64,000 bases of DNA, from the NCBI RefSeq assembly GCF_050700595.1, contig NZ_JBOHHI010000105.1:11845-75844 (forward strand), written 5' to 3'. This stretch comes from Mycobacterium sp. Lineage in GTDB: Bacteria; Actinomycetota; Actinomycetes; Mycobacteriales; Mycobacteriaceae. This document shows, one piece after another, positions 1 through 10,374 of the stretch (position 1 is its first letter; each line of letters starts with the position of its first letter). The notes below the pieces were generated by a model. The model had not been told where the DNA came from. It saw only the letters and a program-made list of their open reading frames with translations, and searched no databases. A program made the translations under genes and the position numbers.

Positions 1-472
1 CGGCGATCATCGAACGCACCTGCTCCAACGGCGGCGCGGCGAAGGCGGCACCGCGCCAGCCGTTCCGGCCCGGCGGCACCGTGGCGAACCGCAGCGGGTT
101 GCGGGCGTGGTAATCGGCGACATCGTCGTCACTGACGTCGATCGCGGCGGTCACCCGGGCGAACAGGGCGCGGGCCAACTCCTGGCCCAGCACCGCGGCG
201 GCCATACTGCCGAGCTCCAGTCGGGCCGTCACATCGGGCAGCAGCTCCGCCTCGCTCGGTGCGTCCGCAGCGGTCACTTTCAGCGCGTCCGCCTCGACGG
301 CGATCACCCGCTCGGTCACGATCAGCTGGGTCAGCCAGCGGCGTAGCTGCCGTCCCTCGCTGGTACCTGCCCGCGGCAGCGCGGCTGCCAGCGGGCCGTC
401 GCGCAGCCGCGCCTCGCGCGCGTCGACCTCGCTGATCGGGACCGCGATACCGCCGACGGTCGCGGCGATCAT
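1..472 (-). CDS. hypothetical protein, N-terminal part only (gene runs off the left edge)
   Basis: My own minus-strand translation finds an ATG at 472-470, in an ATGA overlap with the mannosidase stop at 471-469. It opens a stop-free frame to position 1 (MIAATVGGIAVPISEVDAREARLRDGPLAAALPRAG...DVSDDDVADYHARNPLRF) with GC-rich third positions. It is missing from the ORF track only because no stop lies in the window. Confidence 0.45.
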   Translation of the reverse strand, partial: MIAATVGGIAVPISEVDAREARLRDGPLAAALPRAGTSEGRQLRRWLTQLIVTERVIAVEADALKVTAADAPSEAELLPDVTARLELGSMAAAVLGQELARALFARVTAAIDVSDDDVADYHARNPLRFATVPPGRNGWRGAAFAAPPLEQVRSMIA

Positions 473-3400
473 CGGACTGTGACCTGGACCGCAGGTGAAT
501 ACACCAGGCTGCCGGCGCAGCCGACCCGGACCAACGCCCACCATTGGCCGGGCTCCAGCCAGGGGGGCGGGGCCACGTCGAAGCCGAGCTCGACCGTGCG
601 GCGTGCGGGCAGCACCGCGCCCAGCGCGGCCGGACCGATCCACTCCCAGGTTCCCCACGGGCTGATCAGGTGGGCCTCCAGTGCCAGCTCGGCGCAGGCG
701 GTGGTGCCGACCGTGACCGTCAACCTCGCCGAGTCACCGGCAGCGACCGCGACGTCGGCCGGGTCATCGACGAGATACAGCAGCCCCCGGTCGTGGGGCG
801 CGCCGACCGACACGATGCACACGTCTTCGATCACCTGTCGCCAGGCGGGTGGCACCTTGCCGCTGAGTTGCAACTGGGCTCGGATCGGGTAAAGACCGGG
901 CTCGGCGGGTGGCATCGTGACAATGACGTCGGCCTCCAGGTGTTCGCCGGGCGGCAGCTCGAACGGCAGCTCGGCGGGTCTGGCAGTCCACCCGTCGGGG
1001 CACACCAGCGCGACAACACCGACCAACGGCGTATCGCTAGCGTCGCTCGCCGCAGTCAAGCGCAGCACCACCTCAGTGCCGACGGCGTCTACGTGCTGGG
1101 GGTGCAGGTAGGCGACCGCCGGTAGCCCGCCCAACGGCGCGGGGCCGCGGTTGTGCAGCCAATACCGGGCGTACAGCGGCTGGGCGGCCTCGGCTTCCGA
1201 TGCCAGCAGACCGCCGTCCAGGACGCGGGGCATGTCGAGCCGGGCCAGCACGGTGGCGATCTGGTAGCCGTGCAGCGTGCTGACCCGCGGACGTGCCACC
1301 GGCCGTTCGAGCAGATCCGCCGGCACAAGCTCCGACACGGTGCCCAGCGGAGAGCGCACCACGACGTCGGTGTCGGCGCCGTGCGGTTCGACCAGCCGGA
1401 TGGCCACGGCATGCGGGTCGACCGGCCGGGCGCGGCCGCGTGCCAACGGGTTGCCGGCCGGCTTGAGGGCGCCGACCTGCACCGCAGGATCCACCTGTAG
1501 CAGCGATCCGGCCGCCGGCAGCCCAGCGCCCTTTCCGGGCGCGCAGAGCAGCGGGTGGGAGAACTCCGCGCTGCGCGCCGGGATCCGCGCCGGCCGCCAG
1601 TCGCCGGCGCCGGCGACCAGCGCGTAGTCGAATCCGTGGGTCCAGTGCTGCAGTTGGAAGTTCGACCCGTCGGGCGCGGCGCGGCGCGGCTCGTCGATCC
1701 AGGTGCCCGATGGCCAGCCGGTGCACGACCGCATCAGCGCGGAATGCAGCGTTCCGTCGGTGTCGACGGCGAAACTCGGCACCCCGCGGTTGAGCAGCGC
1801 AACCGTGTATGGCTCGTAGCGCCCCAGCCCCGACGCCGCCTGCTGGGTGACGACGATCTCGGCGTCCGCGAGGTCGTCGGCCACCGCCGCGATCGCCGGC
1901 ACGAGGTCGACCTCGTCGCGGCCGGCGATCACCAGCACCGGCAGCGCCCGCGGGTCACGCAGGTCGGCGCCCGGCACCCAGGCCGACGCCAACGGTACTG
2001 CCGCCGGCACCCACACCCGGGCTCGCCCGGTCGCGGTGAGCTGGCGGTCCAGCTCGCTGCTGTAGTCCGGGTCGGCGGCCGCCAGCACGGCTTTGGTGAA
2101 CGCGTTGTCGCCCGGCCCGCCCAGGGCGATCCGGGTGTCCGGCAGGTTGGAGTCGACGCCCAGATGTCCGTAGCGGGGCTTGTCGGCGCTGCTGCAGGTC
2201 GCGGTGACCCCGGCACGCACCAGCGCGACCATCAGGCGGCGCGCCAGCTCGCCCGATGCCGTCTCGGACGGTGTCACCACCTCGGCCACCGACACCGCAG
2301 CCACGGCATTGCCGACCCGGACCCGCGCTGCGGACGACAGCCCGAACCAGCCGTACGCCGGGTTGTCCAGCGTCCACGGGTGTTGCCCGCTGTCCACCGA
2401 CCGCCCGGTGCGCGGGTCGTGCAGCAACGCGAAACCGCGCCCGACGACGGCGTCGCCGACCTCGCTGACCGGCATGGCGCCCGGCACCGGGCAGGGCCAG
2501 CGCAGCCGCAGCAGCCGGTCCTCGCCGGTGAACTCGTCGATGACGGTGCGGCAGTCCACCCGCGCGACGCCGTGCCACAGCGTCAGCGTCTGGGTGTAGC
2601 GCAGCAGTGTGTCGATCCGGCCGCGCACGACCAGCCGCTGTCCCAGCGGGCACTGGTACGCCTGCATGTCGGCGCGGGTTTCCGACGAGCAGACGACCGG
2701 CCCCTTGGGCAGCAGGTGCCACGGGCCCTCACCGCCGGTCGGGTGGGCCGGGTATTCCTGGTAGACGGCCAGCTCGTTGCCGACCTTGCCGTCGGCGATC
2801 AGCTCACGGCCGTCCTGCCGCAGCGAGCACACCCCGCCGCCGCGGGCCGGGTCGACCGTCAGCCGGTAATGCTCGTTGGCGATCTGCGACCCGGGCACCG
2901 GTTCCCAGCCGGCCGGTTCGCCGGCACCGGCCAGCCGGTAGGCCCGCCAACCCAGCGATGGCACGTCGCGCGCCAGGAACGTCACCGACCGGCCGTCGTG
3001 CTCCACATACGGCGCCTCGACGCCGTCGGCATCCAAGATCCGCGCGCCGGTGTCTAGCCGAGCGGTTACCACGTCGGTTCGGCTGTGCGCCAACGGATTC
3101 CACACCACCACGTCGCCGGGGACGGCACGGGACAACAGCGCCAGCGCGTTGTCCCGGACGGTGTGGCCCAACTCCCACGCGTCGCGCCAGCCGGTCAGCA
3201 GGTCGAGATAGACCTGATCGGATTCCGAGCCGGTGATGCCGTCGTGGTGCGCGCCGTACGCCAATTGCACCCACGCCTTGGCCAGCGCCGCCTGCGGGTA
3301 GTCCGCACCGGCCAATACCCCGGCGAACACCGCGAAGCGTTCCGCGTCCAGCACGGCGTTCTCGGCGGCCCGGTTGGCCTGCTTGGTGTCGATGTACGAC

Positions 3401-4590
3401 ACGTCCTTGCCGGTGTAGACCGGGTTCATGTCCCGGGTTTGCGGCGACGGCCTCAGCCCGCGGGCACCGAGTTCGGCGCGCACCGCGGCGAAGAACTCGC
3501 ACGGCAGCGCACACACGAACTTCGGCCAGGTGTAGCGCGCACCCCAGTCCCGGTGAATCTCGGTCACCCACTTGTTCGGCGGCGTGTAGTCGGCGCCGAC
3601 CGGCAATAGCACGTTGCGGGTCAGCGCGACCTTGCACAGCTCCTCGAACAGCCGGTACGTGGCCTGCTCGGCCTCGGCAAGCGACGCCGCGTCGTCCATC
3701 CCCCAGCCGGCCCCGTAATGGGCGGGCATGTAGTGCGTGAGCAGGCCGCGCCCGGACGGGGCGATCCACTCGAACTCGCTGCAGAACTGCATGCCGGCCA
3801 CGCCGCCCTCGCTGTGCATCGGCCCCCACTGGTGGTGCGGCCCGCGGGCCCACGAACTCGACGTCAGCCCGGCGTCGGCGGCCATCCCCGGAAACTGCGG
3901 GTCGTGGCCGAACACGTCGAGCTGCCAGGCGGTCGCCGGGTCAGCGCCGAGTATGTCACGTTGGAAACCCATGCCGTGCACCAGGTTTCGGATGGTTGTC
4001 TCCGGGCTGGTGAGGTTGGTGTTGGGCTCGTTGTAGGTGCCGCCCATCACCTCCACCCGGCCTTCGGCGATGAAGCGGCGCAGATCGGCGCGGTCCTCGG
4101 GATGGGTGTCCCAGTACGGCTTGAGGTAGTCGACTTCGGCCAGCACGAATTTGTACTCGGGTTCGCGGCGGGCCATCTCCAGATGCGCGTGAACCAGCTC
4201 GAAGCCATTCCGGCACCTGCTGGGCGGGTCCGCCTGCCACATGCTGGTGTAGGCGCCCTGGGTGTTCCACCACACCGGGTCGTAGTGGAAATGGCTGATC
4301 ATGAACATCGTCCAGCCGGGTTCGGCGACGGTGAACGGGAAGAGCATCGAGGCGCTTTCGGCGTGCACGTTCGCGGTGCGTCGCTGCCCGGTCACCGGGT
4401 GGTCGACGACAACCGGGATCTCGACGACGTCCTGGGCATCGTTGACGGTTGCTTGCCCCGTGAGGCCTTGACCGTCGATGCGAAGCAGCGTCGGCTCGGC
4501 GCAGCCGCTGACGGTGACCCGGGCCAGCTGCAGCGGTGCGTCCGGCGGGCCGACGAAAAGTTCCGTCGACTCCGCGGAGATCACCTGCAT
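469..4590 (-). CDS. GH38-family alpha-mannosidase (Rv0648-like)
   Basis: 1373-aa ORF with GH38 catalytic-domain signatures near the N-terminus (ISHFHYDPVWWNTQ, EVDYLKPYW, GGTYNEPN). Its position relative to the ABC1 kinase and lipG matches M. tuberculosis. Confidence 0.9.
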   Translation of the reverse strand: MQVISAESTELFVGPPDAPLQLARVTVSGCAEPTLLRIDGQGLTGQATVNDAQDVVEIPVVVDHPVTGQRRTANVHAESASMLFPFTVAEPGWTMFMISHFHYDPVWWNTQGAYTSMWQADPPSRCRNGFELVHAHLEMARREPEYKFVLAEVDYLKPYWDTHPEDRADLRRFIAEGRVEVMGGTYNEPNTNLTSPETTIRNLVHGMGFQRDILGADPATAWQLDVFGHDPQFPGMAADAGLTSSSWARGPHHQWGPMHSEGGVAGMQFCSEFEWIAPSGRGLLTHYMPAHYGAGWGMDDAASLAEAEQATYRLFEELCKVALTRNVLLPVGADYTPPNKWVTEIHRDWGARYTWPKFVCALPCEFFAAVRAELGARGLRPSPQTRDMNPVYTGKDVSYIDTKQANRAAENAVLDAERFAVFAGVLAGADYPQAALAKAWVQLAYGAHHDGITGSESDQVYLDLLTGWRDAWELGHTVRDNALALLSRAVPGDVVVWNPLAHSRTDVVTARLDTGARILDADGVEAPYVEHDGRSVTFLARDVPSLGWRAYRLAGAGEPAGWEPVPGSQIANEHYRLTVDPARGGGVCSLRQDGRELIADGKVGNELAVYQEYPAHPTGGEGPWHLLPKGPVVCSSETRADMQAYQCPLGQRLVVRGRIDTLLRYTQTLTLWHGVARVDCRTVIDEFTGEDRLLRLRWPCPVPGAMPVSEVGDAVVGRGFALLHDPRTGRSVDSGQHPWTLDNPAYGWFGLSSAARVRVGNAVAAVSVAEVVTPSETASGELARRLMVALVRAGVTATCSSADKPRYGHLGVDSNLPDTRIALGGPGDNAFTKAVLAAADPDYSSELDRQLTATGRARVWVPAAVPLASAWVPGADLRDPRALPVLVIAGRDEVDLVPAIAAVADDLADAEIVVTQQAASGLGRYEPYTVALLNRGVPSFAVDTDGTLHSALMRSCTGWPSGTWIDEPRRAAPDGSNFQLQHWTHGFDYALVAGAGDWRPARIPARSAEFSHPLLCAPGKGAGLPAAGSLLQVDPAVQVGALKPAGNPLARGRARPVDPHAVAIRLVEPHGADTDVVVRSPLGTVSELVPADLLERPVARPRVSTLHGYQIATVLARLDMPRVLDGGLLASEAEAAQPLYARYWLHNRGPAPLGGLPAVAYLHPQHVDAVGTEVVLRLTAASDASDTPLVGVVALVCPDGWTARPAELPFELPPGEHLEADVIVTMPPAEPGLYPIRAQLQLSGKVPPAWRQVIEDVCIVSVGAPHDRGLLYLVDDPADVAVAAGDSARLTVTVGTTACAELALEAHLISPWGTWEWIGPAALGAVLPARRTVELGFDVAPPPWLEPGQWWALVRVGCAGSLVYSPAVQVTVR

Positions 4591-4640
4591 GTCCGCACCT
4601 TACGACCGGGACGGTCAGCGTCGCATGGTAAGGACTACCC

Positions 4641-5234
4641 ATGCCCGCCCTCGCCCCGCCCGTGACCGATGAACGCAACGCCCTGCGCGAATTCCTGGCC
4701 TATCACCAGAGCGCGTACTTCGCGGTGGCCTACGGTCTCACCGACGAGCAGGCCCGGTCGACGCCGTCGGTCAGCGCATTGTCGATCGGCGGGCTGGTCA
4801 AGCACGCCACCGGCGTACAGCGCACCTGGATGGCGCGGGTCGCGGCAGCCCCCGACGCACCGCCGAAGGACACCCGGCCGTTCGAGGAGATCGCCAAGGA
4901 GTTCGGCGACCAGCACGTGATGCGCCCCGACGAGACGCTGACCGGGCTGCTGCGCGGGTTCGAGGAGCAGAACGCGAAATCACTGCGACTGGTGGACACG
5001 GCGGACCTGGACGCCGTCGTACCGGTACCCGACGACATTCCGTGGTTCCCGCAGAACATCAAGGCCTGGTCGGTGCGCTGGGTGATCCTGCACGTGATCA
5101 ACGAGCTGGCCCGCCACGCCGGCCACGCCGACATCATCCGGGAAACCATCGACGGCGCCACCATGTACGAGCTGATCGCCGGCCTGGAGAACTGGGAGCC
5201 GCGGCCATGGGTCACGCCGTGGAAAAAACCCTGA
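4641..5234 (+). CDS. DinB-family (DUF664-type) protein
   Basis: 197-aa ORF with the C-terminal helix-bundle motif WSVRWVILHVINELARHAGHADIIRETIDG typical of actinobacterial DinB/DUF664 proteins. Confidence 0.7.
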   Translation: MPALAPPVTDERNALREFLAYHQSAYFAVAYGLTDEQARSTPSVSALSIGGLVKHATGVQRTWMARVAAAPDAPPKDTRPFEEIAKEFGDQHVMRPDETLTGLLRGFEEQNAKSLRLVDTADLDAVVPVPDDIPWFPQNIKAWSVRWVILHVINELARHAGHADIIRETIDGATMYELIAGLENWEPRPWVTPWKKP

Positions 5235-6148
5235 CCCGCAACGGCATCGCGCGCCGCCAAACCCCGGAAGGCGCCGTCGAGATCTATTACGAGGACCTCG
5301 GCGACCCGGCCGATCCGCCGGTGCTGCTGATCATGGGGCTGGCCGCCCAGTTGCCGATGTGGCCGGACGGCTTCTGCGCGCAACTGGTCGACGCCGGCCA
5401 CCGGGTGATCCGGTTCGACCACCGCGACACCGGCCTGTCGGCCAAGATGCACGGCCTGCGCGCCGACGGCTCGGTCTACCGGCGCGCATGGCGCTACCTG
5501 CTGGGCAAGACCAGTGCGGTGCCCTACACGCTGCTCGACATGGCACACGACAGCACCACGCTGCTCGACCATCTCGGCATCGCCCGGGCACACGTGGTCG
5601 GCGCGTCGATGGGCGGCATGATCGCGCAGATCCTGGCCGCCACCGAGCCGGACCGGGTGGCGTCGCTGGGCATCATCATGTCCACCACCGGCAGGCGGTT
5701 CTTCGCGTCGCCGCCGGCGTGGCCGGTGATCCGACTGGCGTTTCGCGCGCCGGCCAGGGACGCCCCGCTCGAGGAGAAGCTGGCCTTCGAGGCGCGCAAC
5801 GTCGCGGTGCTCAACGGCCCCAACTTCCTGCCATCCGAGCGCGACCTGCGCAAGCGTGTGCAAGAACTCGCCGAGCGGTGCAGCTATCCGCCCGGGCGGC
5901 GGCGCCAGGTCGACGCGGTGCTGGGCACCGGCAGCCTGCTGGCCTACAGCAGGGCGATCACCGCGCCGACGGTGGTGCTGCACGGTTCGGCGGACCCGAT
6001 GCTGCGGCCGCGCAACGGCCGGGCGGTCGCCGCCGCCATCGGCGGTGCGCGGTTCGTCGTGGTCGACGGGATGGGGCATGACCTGCCCGAACCGGTGTGG
6101 CGCCCGATCGTCGAAACGCTCCGGGAGAACTTTGGCACACTGCAGTGA
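5207..6148 (+). CDS. alpha/beta hydrolase, paralogue of the lipG-like gene at 7500
   Basis: From the ATG at 5207 the product reads MGHAVEKTL...EIYYEDLGDPADPPVLLIMGLAAQ...GASMGGMIAQ (GxSxG nucleophile elbow) and aligns along its length with 7500..8402. The start is uncertain: it overlaps the DinB 3' end by 28 nt, and a GTG at 5219 is an alternative. Confidence 0.75.
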   Translation: MGHAVEKTLTRNGIARRQTPEGAVEIYYEDLGDPADPPVLLIMGLAAQLPMWPDGFCAQLVDAGHRVIRFDHRDTGLSAKMHGLRADGSVYRRAWRYLLGKTSAVPYTLLDMAHDSTTLLDHLGIARAHVVGASMGGMIAQILAATEPDRVASLGIIMSTTGRRFFASPPAWPVIRLAFRAPARDAPLEEKLAFEARNVAVLNGPNFLPSERDLRKRVQELAERCSYPPGRRRQVDAVLGTGSLLAYSRAITAPTVVLHGSADPMLRPRNGRAVAAAIGGARFVVVDGMGHDLPEPVWRPIVETLRENFGTLQ

Positions 6149-7494
6149 TGAGTTCCAACGATCATCGTCGGGTCGCCAAGCTCGATCGGGTGCCGTTGCC
6201 GGTCGAGGCGGCCCGCATCGGCGTCACGGGTTGGCAGCTCACCCGCGCCGCTGCCCGCGTCCTCACCAAGCTGCCCGCGCGCGGTCCCTGGCAGCAGAAG
6301 GTGATCAGGGAAATCCCGCAGGCCTTCACCGACCTGGGTCCCACCTACGTCAAATTCGGGCAGATCATCGCCTCGAGCCCGGGCGCGTTCGGCGAACCGC
6401 TGTCCCGGGAATTTCGCGGCCTGCTCGACCGGGTGCCACCGGCCAACAAGGACGACGTGCACAAACTAATCGTCGAAGAACTCGGCGCCGAGCCGGCACA
6501 GTTGTTCGCCAGCTTCGACGAGGAGCCGTTCGCGTCGGCGTCGGTCGCCCAGGTGCACTACGCGACCCTGCGCAGCGGCGAGGAGGTCGTCGTCAAGATC
6601 CAGCGGCCGGGTATTCGCCGCCGGGTCGCCGCCGACCTGCAGATCCTCAAGCGGTTCGCCCAGGCCGTCGAACTGGCCAAATTGGGCCGTCGGCTCTCCG
6701 CCCAGGACGTCGTCGCCGACTTCTCCGACAACCTGGCCGAAGAGCTGAACTTCCGCCTCGAGGCGCAGTCGATGGAGGCGTGGGTTTCGCACCTGCACGC
6801 TTCCCCGCTGGGCCACAACATCCGGGTGCCAGAGGTGTACTGGGACTTCACCACCGAGCGGGTGCTGACGATGGAGCGGGTGCACGGCATCCGCATCGAC
6901 GACGCCGCCGCGATCCGCAAGGCCGGGTTCGACGGTGTCGAGTTGGTCAAGGCGCTGCTGTTCAGTGTGTTCGAGGGCGGGCTGCGGCACGGTTTGTTCC
7001 ACGGCGACCTGCACGCCGGCAACCTGTACGTCGATGAGGCGGGCCGAATCGTGTTCTTCGACTTCGGGATCATGGGCCGCGTCGATCCGCGCACCCGTTG
7101 GCTGCTGCGGGAGCTGGTCTATGCGCTACTGGTCAAGAAGGACCATGCGGCGGCGGGCAAGATCGTCGTGCTGATGGGCGCGGTCGGCACCATGAAGCCC
7201 GAGGCGCAGGCGGCCAAGGACCTGGAAAAGTTCGCCACCCCGCTCACCATGCAATCGCTCGGCGACATGTCCTACGCCGACATCGGCCGGCAGCTCTCCA
7301 CGCTCGCCGACGTCTACGACGTCAAGCTGCCCCGCGAGCTGGTGTTGATCGGCAAGCAGTTCCTGTACGTGGAGCGCTACATGAAGCTGTTGGCACCGCG
7401 TTGGCAGATGATGTCCGACCCGCAGCTCACCGGCTACTTCGCCAACTTCATGGTCGAGGTCAGCCGTGAGCATCAGACCGACGTCGGGGTCTAG
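6148..7494 (+). CDS. ABC1/UbiB-family atypical kinase (Rv0647c-like)
   Basis: The ATG at 6148 overlaps the upstream stop (TGATG). ABC1 signatures are present: FGEPLSREF, ASVAQVHYATLRSGEEVVVKIQRPGI, HGDLHAGNLYVD. Confidence 0.85.
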   Translation: MSSNDHRRVAKLDRVPLPVEAARIGVTGWQLTRAAARVLTKLPARGPWQQKVIREIPQAFTDLGPTYVKFGQIIASSPGAFGEPLSREFRGLLDRVPPANKDDVHKLIVEELGAEPAQLFASFDEEPFASASVAQVHYATLRSGEEVVVKIQRPGIRRRVAADLQILKRFAQAVELAKLGRRLSAQDVVADFSDNLAEELNFRLEAQSMEAWVSHLHASPLGHNIRVPEVYWDFTTERVLTMERVHGIRIDDAAAIRKAGFDGVELVKALLFSVFEGGLRHGLFHGDLHAGNLYVDEAGRIVFFDFGIMGRVDPRTRWLLRELVYALLVKKDHAAAGKIVVLMGAVGTMKPEAQAAKDLEKFATPLTMQSLGDMSYADIGRQLSTLADVYDVKLPRELVLIGKQFLYVERYMKLLAPRWQMMSDPQLTGYFANFMVEVSREHQTDVGV

Positions 7495-7499
7495 GTGCC

Positions 7500-8402
7500 G
7501 TGGAAATCCGAAGCGGCACAGCATGTTCGGGTGAGATTGAGCTTTACTACGAGGACATGGGTGCCCCGAACGACCCGGCGGTGCTGCTGATCATGGGACT
7601 GGGCGCGCAGCTGCTGCTGTGGCGCACCGCGTTCTGCGAGAAGCTCGTCGCCGAAGGTCTGCGCGTCATCCGATACGACAACCGCGACGTCGGGCTGTCC
7701 AGCAAGACCGAACGCCGTAAAGCCGCCGGCGCGCTGATCCCCCGGATGCTCAGGTTCTGGCTGGGAATGCCCGGCAGGTCGGCCTACACCCTGGAGGACA
7801 TGGCCGACGACGCCGCGGCGGTGCTCGACCACCTCGGGATCGAGCGGGCGCATATCGTCGGTGCCTCGATGGGCGGCATGATCGCCCAGATCGTCGGAGC
7901 ACGGTTCAGTGAGCGGACGCGGTCGCTGGCGGTGATCTTCTCCAGCAATAACCGGCGGTTCCTGCCGCCTCCGGGCCGGCGCCAGCTGCTGGCGCTGCTC
8001 AACGGGCCGCCGCCGGGGTCACCTCGGGAGGTGATCGTCGACAACGCCGTGCGGGTCACCCGGATCATCGGCAGCCCGGCCTACCCGGCGCCGGAGGAAC
8101 GGATCCGCAAAGAGGCGATCGAGAGCTACGAACGCAGCTACTACCCGTGGGGCATACCCCGGCATTTCAGCGCGGTCTTGGCCAGCGGCAGCCTGGTCCG
8201 CTACGACCGGCGGATCACCGCGCCCACCGTGGTCCTGCACGGTTTGGCCGACAAGTTGATGCGGCCCTCGGGCGGGTGTGCGGTGGCACGGGCCATCCGC
8301 GGGGCGCGGTGGGTGACCTTCGACGGCATGGGCCATGAGCTGCCCGAGCAGCTGTGGGACCAAGTGATCAGGGAGTTGACAGCCACGTTCGCCAGGGCCT
8401 GA
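7500..8402 (+). CDS. lipG: alpha/beta hydrolase (LipG-like)
   Basis: 300-aa ORF with ELYYEDMGAPNDPAVLLIMGLGAQ and GASMGGMIAQ. It lies between the ABC1 kinase and the mmaA cluster, as Rv0646c does. Confidence 0.75.
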   Translation: MEIRSGTACSGEIELYYEDMGAPNDPAVLLIMGLGAQLLLWRTAFCEKLVAEGLRVIRYDNRDVGLSSKTERRKAAGALIPRMLRFWLGMPGRSAYTLEDMADDAAAVLDHLGIERAHIVGASMGGMIAQIVGARFSERTRSLAVIFSSNNRRFLPPPGRRQLLALLNGPPPGSPREVIVDNAVRVTRIIGSPAYPAPEERIRKEAIESYERSYYPWGIPRHFSAVLASGSLVRYDRRITAPTVVLHGLADKLMRPSGGCAVARAIRGARWVTFDGMGHELPEQLWDQVIRELTATFARA

Positions 8403-8418
8403 CGCACGTCTGATATAC

Positions 8419-9288
8419 GTGGGAAACATGGCGGAGCTGAAGCCGAACTACGAATTGCTGCAGTCGATTTACGACATTTCGAATAAGTTCTTCGAGCTGT
8501 TCTTGGGTCCCACGATGGGCTACACCTGCGGGTACTTCGAACGCGACGACATGACCACCGACGAGGCCCAAAACGCCAAGTTCGACCTGGCGCTGGATAA
8601 GCTCGATTTGCAGCCCGGGATGACGCTGGTCGACATCGGCTGCGGCTGGGGCGGCGGCATGCAGCGGGCGCTGGAGAACGACGACGTCAACGTCATCGGC
8701 CTGACGCTCAGCGAGCGTCAGCGCGAGTACGCCCTGGCCAAACTCGGCAAGGTCCCGACGACACGCACTGTCGAGGTACGACTGCAGGGTTGGGAGGAGT
8801 TCGACGAGAAGGTCGACCGCATCGTGTCGATCGGCGCGTTCGAGCACTTCCGTCACGAACGTTATCCCGATTTCTTCGAGATGGCCTACCGCGCGTTACC
8901 TGACGACGGATCGATGCTGCTGCACACCATCACCGCCATCACCCAGGAAGAATGCCAAAAACGGGGTTTGCCGCTGACGCTCGGGATGGCCCGTTTCGTC
9001 AGATTCATTTGCACCGAGATTTTCCCGGGCGGGCAGCTGCCGACGGTGGCCATGGTCGAGGAACAGGCCGCCAAGGCCGGTTTCAGCCTGACCAGAAAAC
9101 AGGAGATCGGGCCGAACTACGTGCGGACCCTGCAGCTGTGGGCGGACGCGTTGGAGGCGCACCGGGAGGAGGCCATCGCGGCGCAGTCGCAGGAGATCTA
9201 CGACCGCTACATCAGGTACCTCACCGGCTGTCCGGGCCTGTTCCGCGACGGGTACACCAGCGTCCACCAGTTCACCCTGCAGAAGTAG
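8419..9288 (+). CDS. mmaA1: mycolic acid methyltransferase MmaA1-like
   Basis: SAM-dependent mycolic acid synthase fold (VDIGCGWGG, RIVSIGAFEHF). The N-terminal YDIS...YTCGYFERDD variant is characteristic of MmaA1, and it is the first gene after lipG as in M. tuberculosis. The start could instead be the ATG at 8428. Confidence 0.75.
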   Translation: MGNMAELKPNYELLQSIYDISNKFFELFLGPTMGYTCGYFERDDMTTDEAQNAKFDLALDKLDLQPGMTLVDIGCGWGGGMQRALENDDVNVIGLTLSERQREYALAKLGKVPTTRTVEVRLQGWEEFDEKVDRIVSIGAFEHFRHERYPDFFEMAYRALPDDGSMLLHTITAITQEECQKRGLPLTLGMARFVRFICTEIFPGGQLPTVAMVEEQAAKAGFSLTRKQEIGPNYVRTLQLWADALEAHREEAIAAQSQEIYDRYIRYLTGCPGLFRDGYTSVHQFTLQK

Positions 9289-9369
9289 CGCCGTCGCCGA
9301 CGCGTCGATTCGGCTGTCAGACACTGATCGTCTAGCATTACTGGGCGAATAGGGGAGGCGCAGACCGAT

Positions 9370-10233
9370 ATGACCGAGAAGCTCGAGCCGTATTTTAACG
9401 ACGTGCAGGCGCATTACGACCTGTCCGACGACTTCTTCCGGCAGTTCCTCGATCCGACGCAGACCTACAGCTGCGCCTACTTCGAACGCGACGACATGAC
9501 GCTGGAAGAGGCGCAGATCGCCAAGGTCGATCTTGCCCTGGGCAAACTGGGCCTGCAGCCCGGCATGACGCTGCTCGACATCGGCTGCGGCTGGGGCGCC
9601 ACCATGCGACGTGCGGTCGAGCGCTACGACGTCAACGTCATCGGCCTGACTCTGTCCAACAACCAGGCCGCCCACGTGCAGAAGCTGTTCGACCAGATGG
9701 ATACTCCGCGCAGCAGGCGGATACTGCGGGAGGGCTGGGAGCAGTTCGATGAACCCGTCGACCGGATCGTGTCGATCGGGGCGTTCGAACACTTCGGCCA
9801 CGAACGCTACGACGGCTTCTTCAAGATGGCCTACGCCGCCCTGCCCGACGACGGGGTGATGTTGCTGCACACGATCACCGGCTTGACCGGGCCGCAAATG
9901 GTCGAGCGCGGCCTGCCGTTGACCTTTGAGCTGGCCCGTTTCACGAAGTTCATCCTCACCGAGATCTTCCCGGGTGGCCGGCTGCCGTCGATCGAGAAGG
10001 TGCAGGACCACTCATCGGAGGCGGGCTTCACGCTGACTCGCCGGCAGTCACTGCAGCCGCACTACGTCAGGACGCTCGATCACTGGGCCGCGGCGCTGGA
10101 GGCAAACAAAGACAACGCCATCGAAATCCAATCCGAAGAGGTCTACGAGCGTTACATGCACTACCTCACCGGCTGCGCGAAGAGATTTCGGAGCGGCTAC
10201 ATCGACGTCAACCAGTTCACACTGACAAAGTAA
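9370..10233 (+). CDS. mmaA2: cyclopropane mycolic acid synthase MmaA2-like
   Basis: 287 aa. Long runs match my recollection of MmaA2 ([72 protein letters not shown] ... YIDVNQFTL). Confidence 0.75.
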   Translation: MTEKLEPYFNDVQAHYDLSDDFFRQFLDPTQTYSCAYFERDDMTLEEAQIAKVDLALGKLGLQPGMTLLDIGCGWGATMRRAVERYDVNVIGLTLSNNQAAHVQKLFDQMDTPRSRRILREGWEQFDEPVDRIVSIGAFEHFGHERYDGFFKMAYAALPDDGVMLLHTITGLTGPQMVERGLPLTFELARFTKFILTEIFPGGRLPSIEKVQDHSSEAGFTLTRRQSLQPHYVRTLDHWAAALEANKDNAIEIQSEEVYERYMHYLTGCAKRFRSGYIDVNQFTLTK

Positions 10234-10374
10234 TTTTCGGCAACGTCAATCAGCGCGTGTGCCAAACAGGGCCGTTCGAGGCCAGGTATTGTGCTTTCAC
10301 CGATCGTGACTTGTGCGGACATCGCTGCACGCGGAGCTGCGTGCGGCGCTCACCAGGAAGGGCGACGAGAACAG

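Noticed and set aside
1555-3057. 500-aa plus-strand ORF, and many other 100-350-aa ORFs on both strands, inside the alpha-mannosidase gene
   Set aside because: They are antisense or off-frame to a 1373-aa gene with clear GH38 motifs. Their Arg/Pro/Gly/Ala-rich composition is typical of spurious ORFs in high-GC DNA.
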